From the NCBI RefSeq assembly GCF_001194135.2, contig NC_068984.1:106577965-106641964 (forward strand): DNA of 64,000 bases. The letters are read 5' to 3'. Each line of letters opens with the position of its first letter. The first letter of the stretch is position 1. The notes under the pieces are model-generated. The model was not told where the DNA came from, did no database searches, and saw only the letters and a list, made by a program, of their open reading frames with translations. The position numbers were made by a program, and so were the translations under genes. Source of the DNA: Octopus bimaculoides. Its lineage: Eukaryota. Shown here in pieces: positions 36,040 to 48,377 of this stretch.

Positions 36040-36494
36040 GTAGATAGAGAGAGAGAAAGTGAGAGAGAGAGATGTACAATGGGTTCGGTGCTTATGGTAA
36101 GGATACTAAATGGGGTGGTAATGTTGCTGGTAGAGGTGGTATTGGAAAGGATGCTGGTGCTGGTGGTGGGGGTCGTGGTTGGGTGTCGTGACAGTAGTAG
36201 TGATCTGTAGTTTTTTCAGTGGTATTTTTCTTTGGTTTATGATCAGTGTTGCCATCCTCATCACTACCGGGCACCACACACAGTTTCATACGCGCGCGCA
36301 TGCATATGCATGTGTATATATGTACACACACACATGAGTTTATATAGAGATATGTATGCGTGTGTGCGCGGACGTGCGAGTACATGTTTGTGTGTATGTG
36401 TGTGTGTGAGTGTGTGTGCGTGAGCGTGTGTGTGTGTGCGGGCGCGCTTTCATATGCTTATAAATATTTATAAAAATATATGTATATGAATATG

Positions 36495-36648
36495 TCCCCA
36501 TAACTTAGAGGATCAACAAAAGAAATTGATAGAATAAGTAAGTACAAGGCTTACAAAGAATAAGACCTGGGGTCGATTTCTTGAACTAAAAGGCGGTGCT
36601 CCAACATGGCCGCAGTCAAATGACTGAAACAAGTAAAAGAATTAAAGT
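36495..36648 (+). mobile_element. SINE family B, 3' part
   Basis: GGCTTACAAAGAATAAGACCTGGGGTCGAT…GGTGCTCCAACATGGCCGCAGTCAAATGACTGAAACAAGTAAAAG. Confidence 0.88.
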
Positions 36649-36803
36649 ATGTGTGTGTGTGTGCGCGCGCGCGCGCGCGTGCATGTGCTTGCGTGTGTGT
36701 GTGTGTGTGTCTGTTCGTCTTACAGCCTGACGTTAAACTAAAAGATTTCTCATTGCATTTTTATTAGAGTAGATGTTTATTAACTTTGAGAAGGTTACGG
36801 TTG

Positions 36804-36847
36804 ATAGTAATTTCGAAGTTTCGACTTGTTCTCTTTCCTCAGACTGT
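36804..36847 (-). ncRNA. Candidate decayed hammerhead (CUGAGGA core), same family as 35345-35389
   Basis: Minus strand ACAGT-CTGAGGA-…GTC-GAAA-CTTCGAA-ATT-ACTAT. Confidence 0.45.
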
Positions 36848-37747
36848 TTATTCACACACACAGATACACAAACACACACACCACATACGCACACATATAC
36901 GCGCACGCACACTCTCTCGCACACGCATACATATGTTCCGCTCACAAGCATATGAATGTATGCAACGTAAGCATGTATAACCCGCGTATTAATATAAACG
37001 ATGAGAAAATATTCGCTATAAAACTGAAGTCTAATGTATAGATAGGGTAGCTGTGATACGAAACTACATGTCTCCAGTTACCCTGTTTGGCCGTTGGATC
37101 TGTACTATAACAACTTTTATCTTCCCTATGGAGTTGTTCATTTGTCATACCCCACCCCGTTCCTCCTCAGCCTTATCTCAACCACTGTTCTCAGTTACGA
37201 TTTTATCTAAATACAACAGATATCGACTGTTCAGTAGTTCTCACTACACTTTATTCAACACAGACCATAAAAAGATAACTTTTGTTGTTAAACACCCCTG
37301 TACACAACCACGAGAGCATGCATAGATATTCACGAGACGAAATACGCAAAACGCATCACACAAACGCATGCAAACAAGCATGCACATAGACACATACACG
37401 CGCATATACGCGTACGGAAAGATATGACAAATATAATCGCATATAAAATCACTGATTAACACATTGTTTAAAACGTAAATATTCGCACTTATATATAGGA
37501 ATACAGTAGTAATGAATCTGTACACATTTACACACGAACATAAGCACACACGCACGCATATATATAACACACACGCACACATATATATAACACACACGCA
37601 TACACTCACATATATATGCATGTGTGTCTGTGTGTGTGTATATATATATCATACAAATAATATGTGAGTGTATGGATATATACGTACATGTATGTACATA
37701 CCTACATCTACATGTATATATAGATGCATATCTGGGTACAGGACGTC

Positions 37748-37786
<39 letters not shown>

Positions 37787-37863
37787 TTATATTCATATTC
37801 ATATATATGTATTTATATATATGCACGCAAATGTACATATACGCATTATTTAAATATGTATAT

Positions 37864-37944
<81 letters not shown>

Positions 37945-38607
37945 CACGTAAGCATACCTATATAGATCCTGCATATATACATGCACACACATACACACAC
38001 ACACACACACACATATCAATATATGACTTTGTATTATGTATATACTCAACGATATCTATAATTACATGCATCCGTATGTTTGTAAAATGTTTACTTACAT
38101 ACATATGTTCATGTTATAACTATACGATTAAGATAATCGTATACATTCGTACATTCGTACATTCGTACATTCGTATATGATTATAAAAATCTGCACATAT
38201 TTCATAACTTCTCTTCAGAATTTTATGAAGTTTTGTAATTCTTAAACATGTAACATTATGCACAACGCAATCCGTATGTCATACATATATACATATTTTG
38301 TGATACATATAAAAACAAACACAAGCGCAAGCATATATTTATATAACTGTAAAATAATTTTCCAAATATAAAGGTAAATTTCATTTAAAATATCTGTAGT
38401 GTACTTTTATTTATGGAACGTGAGTTAGGAGACCCTGTCAAGATAGACCAAAGCAAGCAAATCACAAACTAAGTGAATAACTAAATATGGAATGAGAAAC
38501 AAACTTTATACTTCATCTCCCGGAAAAATTGTTTAGTTGAACGTAATATACTCGGAATTGAAATTTAAGTAAGTTTTTTGCGTGCTTGCGTATGTGTTTG
38601 TGCGTGC

Positions 38608-38698
<91 letters not shown>

Positions 38699-39090
38699 TA
38701 TGTGTATGTCTGTGTGGGGTGTGTGTGTGTGCGAGTTTGAGTGTGTCGGTCAGAGAATGTGTCCGTGTGTATGTCTATGCATATGTGTGTGCGTATGTAT
38801 GGGAGAGCATGTATCAGAGCGAAGATAAACATGAATATATGTGAAAAGCATTGTAAATTAAAAATTAAGCTGTAATATTATTCGAACCCTTTGAAATACG
38901 CACACATACACACACGCACGCGCACGCACACACACGCGCACGCACACACACGCACGCACATGCACACGCAGCCCCCCACACACATATATAGGAATATACA
39001 TTACATATATATTCATATTCATACAAATATTTGTGTGCGTGTGTATGTATATAAATAAATATATATATACATACATACATATACATATAT

Positions 39091-39129
<39 letters not shown>

Positions 39130-40079
39130 CGGGTTGGTCAAAATATTTTTGTAACATATTNNNNNNNNNNNNNNNNNNNNNNNNNNNNNNNNNNNNNNNN
39201 NNNNNNNNNNNNNNNNNNNNNNNNNNNNNNNNNNNNNNNNNNNNNNNNNNNNNNNNNNNNNNNNNNNNNNNNNNNNNNNNNNNNNNNNNNNNNNNNNNNN
39301 NNNNNNNNNNNNNNNNNNNNNNNNNNNNNNNNNNNNNNNNNNNNNNNNNNNNNNNNNNNNNNNNNNNNNNNNNNNNNNNNNNNNNNNNNNNNNNNNNNNN
39401 NNNNNNNNNNNNNNNNNNNNNNNNNNNNNNNNNNNNNNNNNNNNNNNNNNNNNNNNNNNNNNNNNNNNNNNNNNNNNNNNNNNNNNNNNNNNNNNNNNNN
39501 NNNNNNNNNNNNNNNNNNNNNNNNNNNNNNNNNNNNNNNNNNNNNNNNNNNNNNNNNNNNNNNNNNNNNNNNNNNNNNNNNNNNNNNNNNNNNNNNNNNN
39601 NNNNNNNNNNNNNNNNNNNNNNNNNNNNNNNNNNNNNNNNNNNNNNNNNNNNNNNNNNNNNNNNNNNNNNNNNNNNNNNNNNNNNNAAATAAAGTTTTAT
39701 CTCTGCATTGCAAGCGAAGCATGAATATATATATATATATATATATAAAATAATAACATCAGCCAAAAACAATAAATATTATAAAATTAAATAAATTGAA
39801 CTTTTAAAATACATAATTCATACTGTTGGTAAAAGAATCATGATCTATATATTTAATTACGTGTATTAATTATAAAAATAAGTTTAAGCTTACTCATGAC
39901 ATGATTAATTCGCATAAAAATAAATAGACAAATAAAACGTTATGATAATTGATCGCTTTGTAAAAGTGAAAGTAAACATAGTATGTAAAAGTAAATAAGA
40001 AACCTGCGCAAGCTTTTCAGAATCTTCACTGGTGATATAAATAAGTGTATTTGTCGTAACAGTAGTGCTGTTCTTCTCT

Positions 40080-40795
40080 GGCAGAAGCAAGCGAAATGGA
40101 AGCGCCGAAGACACAGCGAACGTCAGTAGCAGCAACAGCAGCAAAAGTAATGGCGGCAACAGAAGCAGCAGCAATGGAAGCAGCAAGTGGAGATAAAATA
40201 AATGAATGAATGAATGAATGAATGAATAAATACATAAATAAATAAATAAATGAATGAACATCGACGGAGACGACGATGATGAGAAAAAGAAAGATGATGA
40301 TTATGGTGACACAGGCGATTGCCGCCGCCGCCGCCGCCACCACCACCACCACCACCAAATCACACCACCACCACCAACAAATCCCACCACCACCACCACC
40401 AGCACCACTACGACCATGAACGTTCATGACGATGACTGTAATGAGAAGTTGTTGATGATGATGATGATGACGATGATGATGGTGGGGATGGCGACGACGA
40501 TCATGATACTGACAATGAGGGTGCTGATGATAGTTATGCTAATGATAATTATGATGATGATGGTGATGATCTTGATGATGATGATGTTGGCGAGGACGAT
40601 GGTAATGATACTGAAAATGAGGAAGCTCATGATTGTTATGCTAATGATATTTATAATGATGATGATGATGATGATAATTAGAAATCTTGAAAAATAATAC
40701 AATTGAAACAAACTCATTAATATCGTCGTCATTGTCGTCGTCGCCGTCATTATCATAATGATGATCATCATCATCATCAGCAGTATTACTATTAT
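40080..40795. repeat. Compound degenerate simple-repeat block ((GCA)n, (ATGA)n, (CCG)/(CCA)n, (GAT)n)
   Basis: Directly visible; the overlapping ORFs are homopolymer-like. Confidence 0.9.
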
Positions 40796-40799
40796 GAAA

Positions 40800-41004
40800 G
40801 CGGCCAGCTGGTAGAATGGTTACCACGCCAGGCGAAATGTTTAACGGTATTTCGTCTTCCGCTGTGTTCTGAGTTCAAATTCTACCGAGTTGACTTTGCA
40901 TTTCATCCTTTAGTAGTCGATAAAGTAGCAGTCAAGTACTGGGGTCGATGTAATCGACTGTCACCCTCCCACAAATTCCAGGCGTTGTGCCTTTAGTGGA
41001 AAGG
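40800..41004 (+). mobile_element. SINE family A, full length
   Basis: AGCTGGTAGAATGGTTA (A box), GAGTTCAAATTC (B box), ACTGGGGTCGATGTAATCGACT and GTGGAAAGG+(ATT)n. Confidence 0.92.
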
Positions 41005-41025
41005 ATTATTATTATTATTATTATT

Positions 41026-41071
41026 CAGTAGTTTTATTTTTATAACGTGCTTTCACTTCACTACCGAGCGC
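41026..41071 (-). mobile_element. 46-bp 3'-terminal stub of LINE family 1 inside an (ATT)n tract
   Basis: Reverse complement GCGCTCGGTAGTGAAGTGAAAGCACGTTATAAAAATAAAACTACTG matches the 3' end at 10328-10373. Confidence 0.93.
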
Positions 41072-41108
<37 letters not shown>

Positions 41109-41299
41109 GTTGTTGTTGTCGTTGTTGTTGTTGTTATCAACGGCGGGAAAATACAGCCACTACTAACATACTTAACATCAGCATTTATTTACCTTGAAGA
41201 CTGCCACCATCTCCGTTACCCTGATTTCATCTCTATTTCTTCTATTGGTGAAAATAAGCAGCAAACCATGGCGTAAACAACAACAATATCAATAATAAT

Positions 41300-41480
41300 C
41301 ATGGTTTCAAATTCTGGCACAAGGCCAGCAATTCCGGGGTTTGGGGTAAATCGATTACATCAACCTCAGTATTCAACTGGTTCTTATTTTATCGACTCCG
41401 AAAGGATGAAAGGTAGAGCCGACGAAATGCTACTAAGCATTTTGCCTGGTGTGCTAACCATCCTGCCAGCTCGCAGCTTT
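41300..41480 (-). mobile_element. SINE family A with internal deletion
   Basis: GGCACAAGGCCAGCAATT…CGATTACATCAACC…TTTATCGACTCCGAAAGGATGAAAGG…GCTAACCATCCTGCCAGCTCGC. Confidence 0.85.
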
Positions 41481-41484
41481 AGTA

Positions 41485-41486
41485 TC

Positions 41487-41529
<43 letters not shown>

Positions 41530-41538
41530 GTAATGATG

Positions 41539-41572
<34 letters not shown>

Positions 41573-41593
41573 TANNNNNNNNNNGTAATGATG

Positions 41594-41627
<34 letters not shown>

Positions 41628-41644
41628 TATTAATAATAATGATG

Positions 41645-41729
<85 letters not shown>

Positions 41730-41800
41730 TGAAAATAATAATAATAATAATAATAATTATTATTATTATTATTATTATAACAATAATAATAATATGACAA
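41485..41800. repeat. (AAT)n/(GAT)n microsatellite with small gap
   Basis: Directly visible. Confidence 0.97.
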
Positions 41801-42776
41801 AAAAAAAACAACCAGAAAAATACATAGCAAAAATACCTAAGGACATAGGACATTGAGGGCATTAATCGAAGGACGAGATACAACACACAGGTGCAGTGGC
41901 CCGAGATCGAAATTTATTTAGATCTAAAATGTTTTATGAACAAGGTGGATATTTTCAATCTTAATACCGAAACAAATACAACCAGTTCAAAACCAGCGGA
42001 TAAGAGCATCATTTTGAATATCATAATGAAACCATGAGGCATCCTTGAACCAGTCTGTGCCGCATGTACGTTTCTTTGCATCTTTGGGAAAGTTGAATGT
42101 CTTTCCAAGCACAAATTGTTTTTGTGACATGTAAAATTTCGATCGCACTTCTTGACATGTTGGAAGAGGTTATTCGTTAATACTTTAACGGATTGCACCT
42201 CTGCAACCTCCGATGGTCCTGCATTTTCTTGACATGACGCAGTACTGAAAAAATCTGAAATTTTCCTCACTTTTACTTCTCGTAGATTTGGCGTAGTATA
42301 CAGATGAAAATAAAGGGAAAATGTCAAAAAGTGCAAGTAGATTTTATATTTGAAAAGCAGGATTTGTCTTAATTATTTTTGATTAATTTATTTAAACTTA
42401 CGTGTTCAAAATCATTCGTTATCAGACAGAAAGAGTGAATATATTTCCATTTAACAACTTTAAAATTTATCACACTTTGAAAAAAAATAAAAGCAGTATG
42501 ATAAACATTTGTGTAGTTCTGAATTGAATTAAACGAGTAATGTACAGTATGTGTAATAACGTGAATTATATTTTTGTACATTAAAATGTTTAATTTCGGA
42601 GATATTACCAAGCGAAGCAAACGGAAGCAGATAGAAATAGGTAGAGTAGGTTTTCCAAACAGTAGAGAAGAAAGGACGGGGGAGGAGAAGGATAGAGAAA
42701 TGGATAGAAAAGAGAAACACTGTCCATCCGCGTGTGTGGAGTGCCACTGAGTGGGACCAAAAGGGGTACATGACGT

Positions 42777-42822
<46 letters not shown>

Positions 42823-42837
42823 TAGATAGATAAATAA

Positions 42838-42878
<41 letters not shown>

Positions 42879-43141
42879 CAGATTGCCTGATAGATGGATG
42901 GATAGTGAATTTGCCTTTCGACGCTGAAATAAGTCACAAATATATTTTAACTANNNNNNNNNNNNNNNNNNNNNNNNNNNNNNNNNNNNNNNNNNNNNNN
43001 NNNNNNNNNNNNNNNNNNNNNNNNNNNNNNNNNNNNNNNNNNNNNNNNNNNNNNNNNNNNNNNNNNNNNNNNNNNNNNNNNNNNNNNNNNNNNNNNNNNN
43101 NNNNNNNNNNNNNNNNNNNNNNNNNNNNNNNNNNNNNNNNN

Positions 43142-43164
<23 letters not shown>

Positions 43165-43186
<22 letters not shown>

Positions 43187-44420
43187 TTGGAGATCTATTA
43201 TAAGATCTCATCCCTATCTGCCAGTAAAGAAATATTCAAGCAACACGCTGAATATTACAATGGCGCCCTACAACGAAGGAATAAGACACAAACTATCTCC
43301 CGTATTCCAACCTCCTCCTATCCCCAAAAATTTTACCGCAGGAGCAAACCTAATAGGAACTCCTCCCATCGTGTGATTTCGGATCCTAAATCTGCCTCCG
43401 TCCATCGAAATCGAGCACGCATTTTTATACCTCAAGCTTATACCTGGGTAACCCTGTAAACCTGAATAAGCGGACCATGACGCGCGACGTTATCTGGTTC
43501 CATCCCACCTTTGTCTTTAATGTTCAGACCAGAGTACCCAAGCTCTTCTTTGCGCTATTTGAATAATATTTCCCTAAGTCTAGTTCTCTTAGAAGAATCT
43601 TCAATCTGCAATCGATTAAATTTTCCTACTCCACCACAACTAAAATTTCTGGTACAGTCTTATGTCTGCATAATACGAAACTTAGACAGCTAGCAATTAC
43701 TTAACTTTAATCAGAGTAACACAACTCACCCTAATCTCCATCCCTAACCATAGCGCGTTCATAAACCTCCTCACCAATACCGAATCTCACACCACCGACC
43801 CTATTTCTTCTACTCCTCCCAATACCCTTAACCAACTTTACAACCCCGCTATACTAACCACCGAACTATTAGATACGAGAACTATTTCAAGCGACATCTG
43901 CCAGACAACTCTCTCAGCACCTTGAAAAATTCCAATCCTAACGCCGCGGCGGTTAATGAATATAACCCCAGGTTATGCCTAGATAATCATAACCCCGTAA
44001 ATTCCACTCTAGCACCTTCTAGAATAATATGCATCTGTAGGCGTCGCACCTCCTGTCCTTTAGATAATAGATGCCTCACAAAAAATGTAGTATACAAATG
44101 TGCAGTATCAACTGATAATTCCAATTATGTATACATCGGGTCGTGCAGCACTACCTCCAATGTCAGAGTTGGTAACCACTATTCTAGCTTCAAATCGCAA
44201 GCAAGAACAAGCAGCACTTCTTTATTATGGCTAATTCATAACCTAAAACAAAACAATTCAGTATAATTTAAAATGGTCTATATTTACCCATGCCAAACCG
44301 TATAATGGTTATAACAACAAATGCGATCTATGCATCGCGGAAGTCTTTTCTATTAGCCAATCTACCAATTTTCTGAATGAACAGAACCATATAATCTTTA
44401 ATTGTAAAACTGGGGCCGAA
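43165..44420 (+). mobile_element. Penelope-like element, C-terminal half (RT thumb, linker, Cys-rich GIY-YIG)
   Basis: KISSLSASKEIFKQHAEYYNGAL, RDVIWFHPTFVFNVQT, CICRRRTSCPLDNRCLTKNVVYKCAV…YIGSC…RVGNHYSSFK and PYNGYNNKCDLCIAE. Confidence 0.92.
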
Positions 44421-44424
44421 ACCT

Positions 44425-44900
44425 GCTGTACTGAGGACTGGGTAACTCTATCAAAAGTTTTCGATTGACCAAAATGGACCAGAACGGCATCAAAGCCAGA
44501 TTTATTACACATGTTATTGCTTTCAAGGAGATTAGGAGGTTGGATCTTATCGAATGCGCCACATTGTTTGCGTCCTTCAAGAGCAGCATGTCACGCCCTA
44601 GATAATTCAACTGGAAATGTTTCCAGTCTGTTGAACTTTGTGGTAGACTTATAGTATCTATACAGCGTGTACAGTAAATCATTCAAAGCAGGCGAAGTCC
44701 TTTTCTTACATACAATTGCTTTTGACTGTGTGAAAATTTCTGTTATTTGATTTTTCGTACAGCATCTCTGCCGGAAGCACAGGCAGTCTGTGGAGGTAGG
44801 CATTAAATTCCATCGTATGTAACTACGTTCAAACAGTTGCACAAACATCAACTGGAAAATCATATAACTTCCGGAAATCAAATGTGTCCCTCTATCGCCC
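44425..44900 (-). mobile_element. Tx1/L1-clade LINE RT fragment
   Basis: LPQSSTDWKHFQLN resembles …NWRPITLLN; DAVLVHFGQSKTFDRV resembles LI-LDQ-KAFDRV. Confidence 0.75.
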
Positions 44901-46231
44901 GTATAAGACTTAATGGTAGATTTTTTACCAAGTAGCGTCTTAAAAGAGTTTTTGTGCTCTCATGTCTAACAACACATGTCATAGCTATGAGAACATAATT
45001 TTCATCTTATACGTTGAAGAAAAAATTAAGCGTCATTTTGTCCGTTAGTATTCCAGTCTTAATGTCCTTTCAAATGTTTTTTTCTTTAATTCAGTGGCCC
45101 TCAACGGACGCATTGCAAACAGTAGATAATTGCGCCGAAGATCTAAAATTATACTATAATTCAAGGTAGTATAAAATTTATATTTACGCTTCAGTGTTTT
45201 GAAAACCTATACACATAATGTTCGCGTGTTTAACACACGTAGTAAATTAAACATACAGTTGTTAAGCCGTCTTTTTGATTCGGTGATTGTCCCTTCTGAA
45301 TATATAACTCTGTGCCTTCAATCACAAACATTCTTTCCCCTTCCAGTTCTTTCTATTTCTTCCTCTTATTTATTTTTCTTCTCTCCATTACTTTGCTTCA
45401 TTTTTTTCCATTTTACTTTCATACCCACCTCTCTAATAAAACTTATTGTACAGGCTACGGCTAAAATATATCAGTTTCACCGAACTTCATAAAAGTTTCA
45501 ACAGCAAGCACACGTTGTGTACCGATTCAAGTCATGATGATAAATAAAAACAAAAAGAAGAATTCTTCTTTTTGTAGAATCCTTCTTCTACAAACGGTAA
45601 AGCATTTACCGTTATTGTTTGGAACAATGCACATCGTGCGTTTGTTGTTGATGCAGTTATTAAGGATGGTAAAGTTGAGGTTTAGGCATTTTAATATATT
45701 TCGATACGTATCGTGCAGCAAAATATACCCTTTTCATCATGTACTACTATTCTCCTGTACTTTCATATCTCTGATATATTATTCTTTATCTTTATATTGT
45801 ATGTTTTCTCTTGTCTCTCTCCTCTAACTCTTTCCTCTCTCTATCTCCTTTTCTTTTATAATCATCCTTTCTCTCTGTCTACATTCTGTTTTTTTCTTTG
45901 AATTTATCTTTCCCATACGCGATGTTTTGTTCAACCGCCCAATTTATATTTACACTTAAATGTTAAAATTTTAATATTCATAAGGCAAGCTTTAAGCATA
46001 TCTACGATTTTCAAAACTGAAATTATAAATAAAGATTTGAGTTCTTATAAATAGCTCAGAATAAACAACTGTAAAAATTATTACGATCATCAACTCTATG
46101 TACTAAGTATTTTCCCATTAGCTTTCTGTATAGTGATGCACATGGATATATATTCATAGATGCATGCACATATACACACAAATATGTTAGCACATACATA
46201 CTTACATGTGTGTGTGTGTGTGTGTGGGTGT

Positions 46232-46382
46232 GTATACGACGGGCTTTTTAGTTTCCGTCTACCAAATCTACTCACAAGGCTTTAGTAGGCCCGACGCTAT
46301 AGTAGAAGACATTTGCCCAAGGTACCACGCAGTAGGACTAAACCTGGAACCAGGTAGCTGGGAAGCAAGCTTCTTCCCACAC
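46232..46382 (-). mobile_element. SINE family B head
   Basis: Reverse complement of GCTTGCTTCCCA…GGTTCCAGGTTTAGTCC…TTGGGCAAATGTCTTCTACTATAGC…GACGGAAACT. Confidence 0.88.
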
Positions 46383-46454
46383 ATATGTATATATGACGAT
46401 GGACACTCCCATCAGTTTCGACATATGAGAATCCTTCAACCTTCTCTTTGTTTG

Positions 46455-46730
46455 TCAGTCATAATGCTTATGTCGAATGTGACATTTAAGTCCCACCAAT
46501 GATTTGCAAAGAAGGCCACAGATGCTGCAAATATGAGGATTACAGGTCAGTGCAGGTAGTATAATTGCAGCTGCAAAGCCTGTTAATGCTGCTTGCAACA
46601 AAGTTTCTAATACTATTTTGTCACAACGATCTCTCTTTTGTTCGTTCCAAGGCTGTTCACTCAAAAGTGTTGTGAGCTATCTTCATTGCTAAAAGGTTAC
46701 TCTTCAGCTTGTCCTTATATCAAGCTGGCT
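46455..46730 (-). mobile_element. RTE-clade LINE C-terminus (zinc finger)
   Basis: PHICSICGLLCKSLVGLKCHIRHKH resembles the RTE C..CGR.C.S..GL.SH.R.H motif. Confidence 0.75.
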
Positions 46731-46899
46731 GTGCATGAGTACTTTGGGTATTTTTTCATCACTCATTCATGTGTGCGTGTGTGTGTGCGCGTGTGTGTAT
46801 GTGTGTGTGTGTGTGTGTTTGTGTGCCTGTGTGTCTGTGTGTGTATATGTGTGTGCATACTAGACCAAAACGTACATGACAATTGGAGCTTGTATTTTA

Positions 46900-47310
46900 A
46901 AACATTATCTTTCAATGCATTTGCAGTACCATGACTGATACTAATATTTGGGATACTGCATTGGTCAAAAGAGAAAATCCACCACATAGAAAAGAAAATC
47001 CGCAAGACATCAATTTCAAATCTCCAAAGAAACATTGATATTGACATGGTTTACCAGAAAATAAAGAGCTGATTGCTATCTGGTATCACTCAGATAATAT
47101 CTAGGAAACAACAACAGCTAAAATAAATACATCATCCAAGTAACCAAAAATGAAATGAATAGCATGCTGCGGGCCTGTTGTGAACTCCTCAAGAAACACT
47201 TTCTGATGACCTCCCATTTGAACCCAGAAATGCAGAGCTCCCATATCTCAACAGGGACCTCGACTAAAAGTTTTGCATGGGTATGTTTCCGTAAACTAGG
47301 AAAAGATGGT
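46900..47310 (-). mobile_element. Decayed Penelope-type RT fragment
   Basis: DMGA…MG…FLEEF…PQH…FGYLDDVFIL resembles AMG…ME…L…P…RYxDD. Confidence 0.5.
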
Positions 47311-47319
47311 AATATTGAT

Positions 47320-47527
47320 TTCAAATTTTGGCACAAGGCCAGCAATTTCGGGGGAGAGAGAAAGTCGATTCCATCAACCCCAGTGTTCACATGTAACTTA
47401 CTTATCGACTCCAAATAATGAAAGGTAAAGTCGACTTCAGCGAAATTTGAACTCAGAACGTATGGACGGTCGAAATACCACGAAGTATTTTGCTCGGCGT
47501 GCTAACGATTCTGTCAGCTCGCTACCC
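47320..47527 (-). mobile_element. SINE family A, full length
   Basis: GGCACAAGGCCAGCAATTTCGGGG…AAAGTCGACTTCAGCGAAATTTGAACTCAGAACG…GCTAACGATTCTGTCAGCTCGC. Confidence 0.9.
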
Positions 47528-47559
47528 TAAAAGGATGGTGATATTAACATGAAATGCAA

Positions 47560-48250
47560 CCTCCCTTGGATTCGTGACCATTGCATCACGTCACATCTCG
47601 AAGGTTAAGTTTTTCCAGTACAGGAGCAGGTGATAACTACGAAATAACTAATAAATAAGAGAGAGAAAACCCTTAAATACCCACAATGCAGTCATAAAAG
47701 TTGATAATGTCTTTCTTTACTAGTGGGAATAGTATTCTTCTAGCATCTGCCCAAATATTATCAGGATAATACATCATACTGCGATATGATGTTGCTGAAA
47801 TAATATAGGGACCCATCCGGTCGGTCTCAAGATAAATATAGACAACACCTCTCTTATTAACGCAAGAAATATTGGTGGAATATTCTCATGAACACCTGTA
47901 CCTATCAAACATAAAAGACTTGATTTAGCTGTTTGGGACTGATAAAAAAACAACTGTGTATTGTCAGAAAAGTCAACTATCCATCAGATATGAACAACCC
48001 TTCTCAAATCACAAAGAAGAAAAGTTTTGGACATGATTCGATACCTAAAGTTCTACTCTGATTATAAATTCAAATTTATAATATTAATTATTAGTGCGCT
48101 TGGTTGTGTTAGGAAAATTCTAAGTGACAGCCTGGAAAAGCTTGGAGTTTAAAGCAAAGAAAAATATTGGTTGACACGTGCTCCGAATTTAAAAACTCTA
48201 AATGGAACTGTAAAATTTGCAAGTTCCTTATGTAACTATTATTAATGATG
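47560..48250 (+). mobile_element. RLE-LINE family 3, 3' part (CCHC + RLE), decayed
   Basis: HI.S…CPNIIR…Y…RYDVA, YWWNI, KH…DL, YSDYKFKF and LIISALGCV…GTVKIC; same family as 62945-63990. Confidence 0.8.
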
Positions 48251-48307
48251 CTATCCAAATTTCATTTCAATATTTGCTTTGTCTCTATTTTTCTAGAAAT
48301 AATTCTA

Positions 48308-48377
<70 letters not shown>

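Noticed and set aside
40254-40697. 147-aa low-complexity ORF (D/H/T/M-rich)
   Set aside because: It is a compound trinucleotide block open in several frames on both strands, with no domain or splice evidence.
44431-44470. CTGAGGA directly after the Penelope GIY-YIG as a hammerhead core
   Set aside because: There is no GAAA (it reads CAAA), and the sequence is explained as antisense Tx1 RT coding (QSKTFDRVTQSS).
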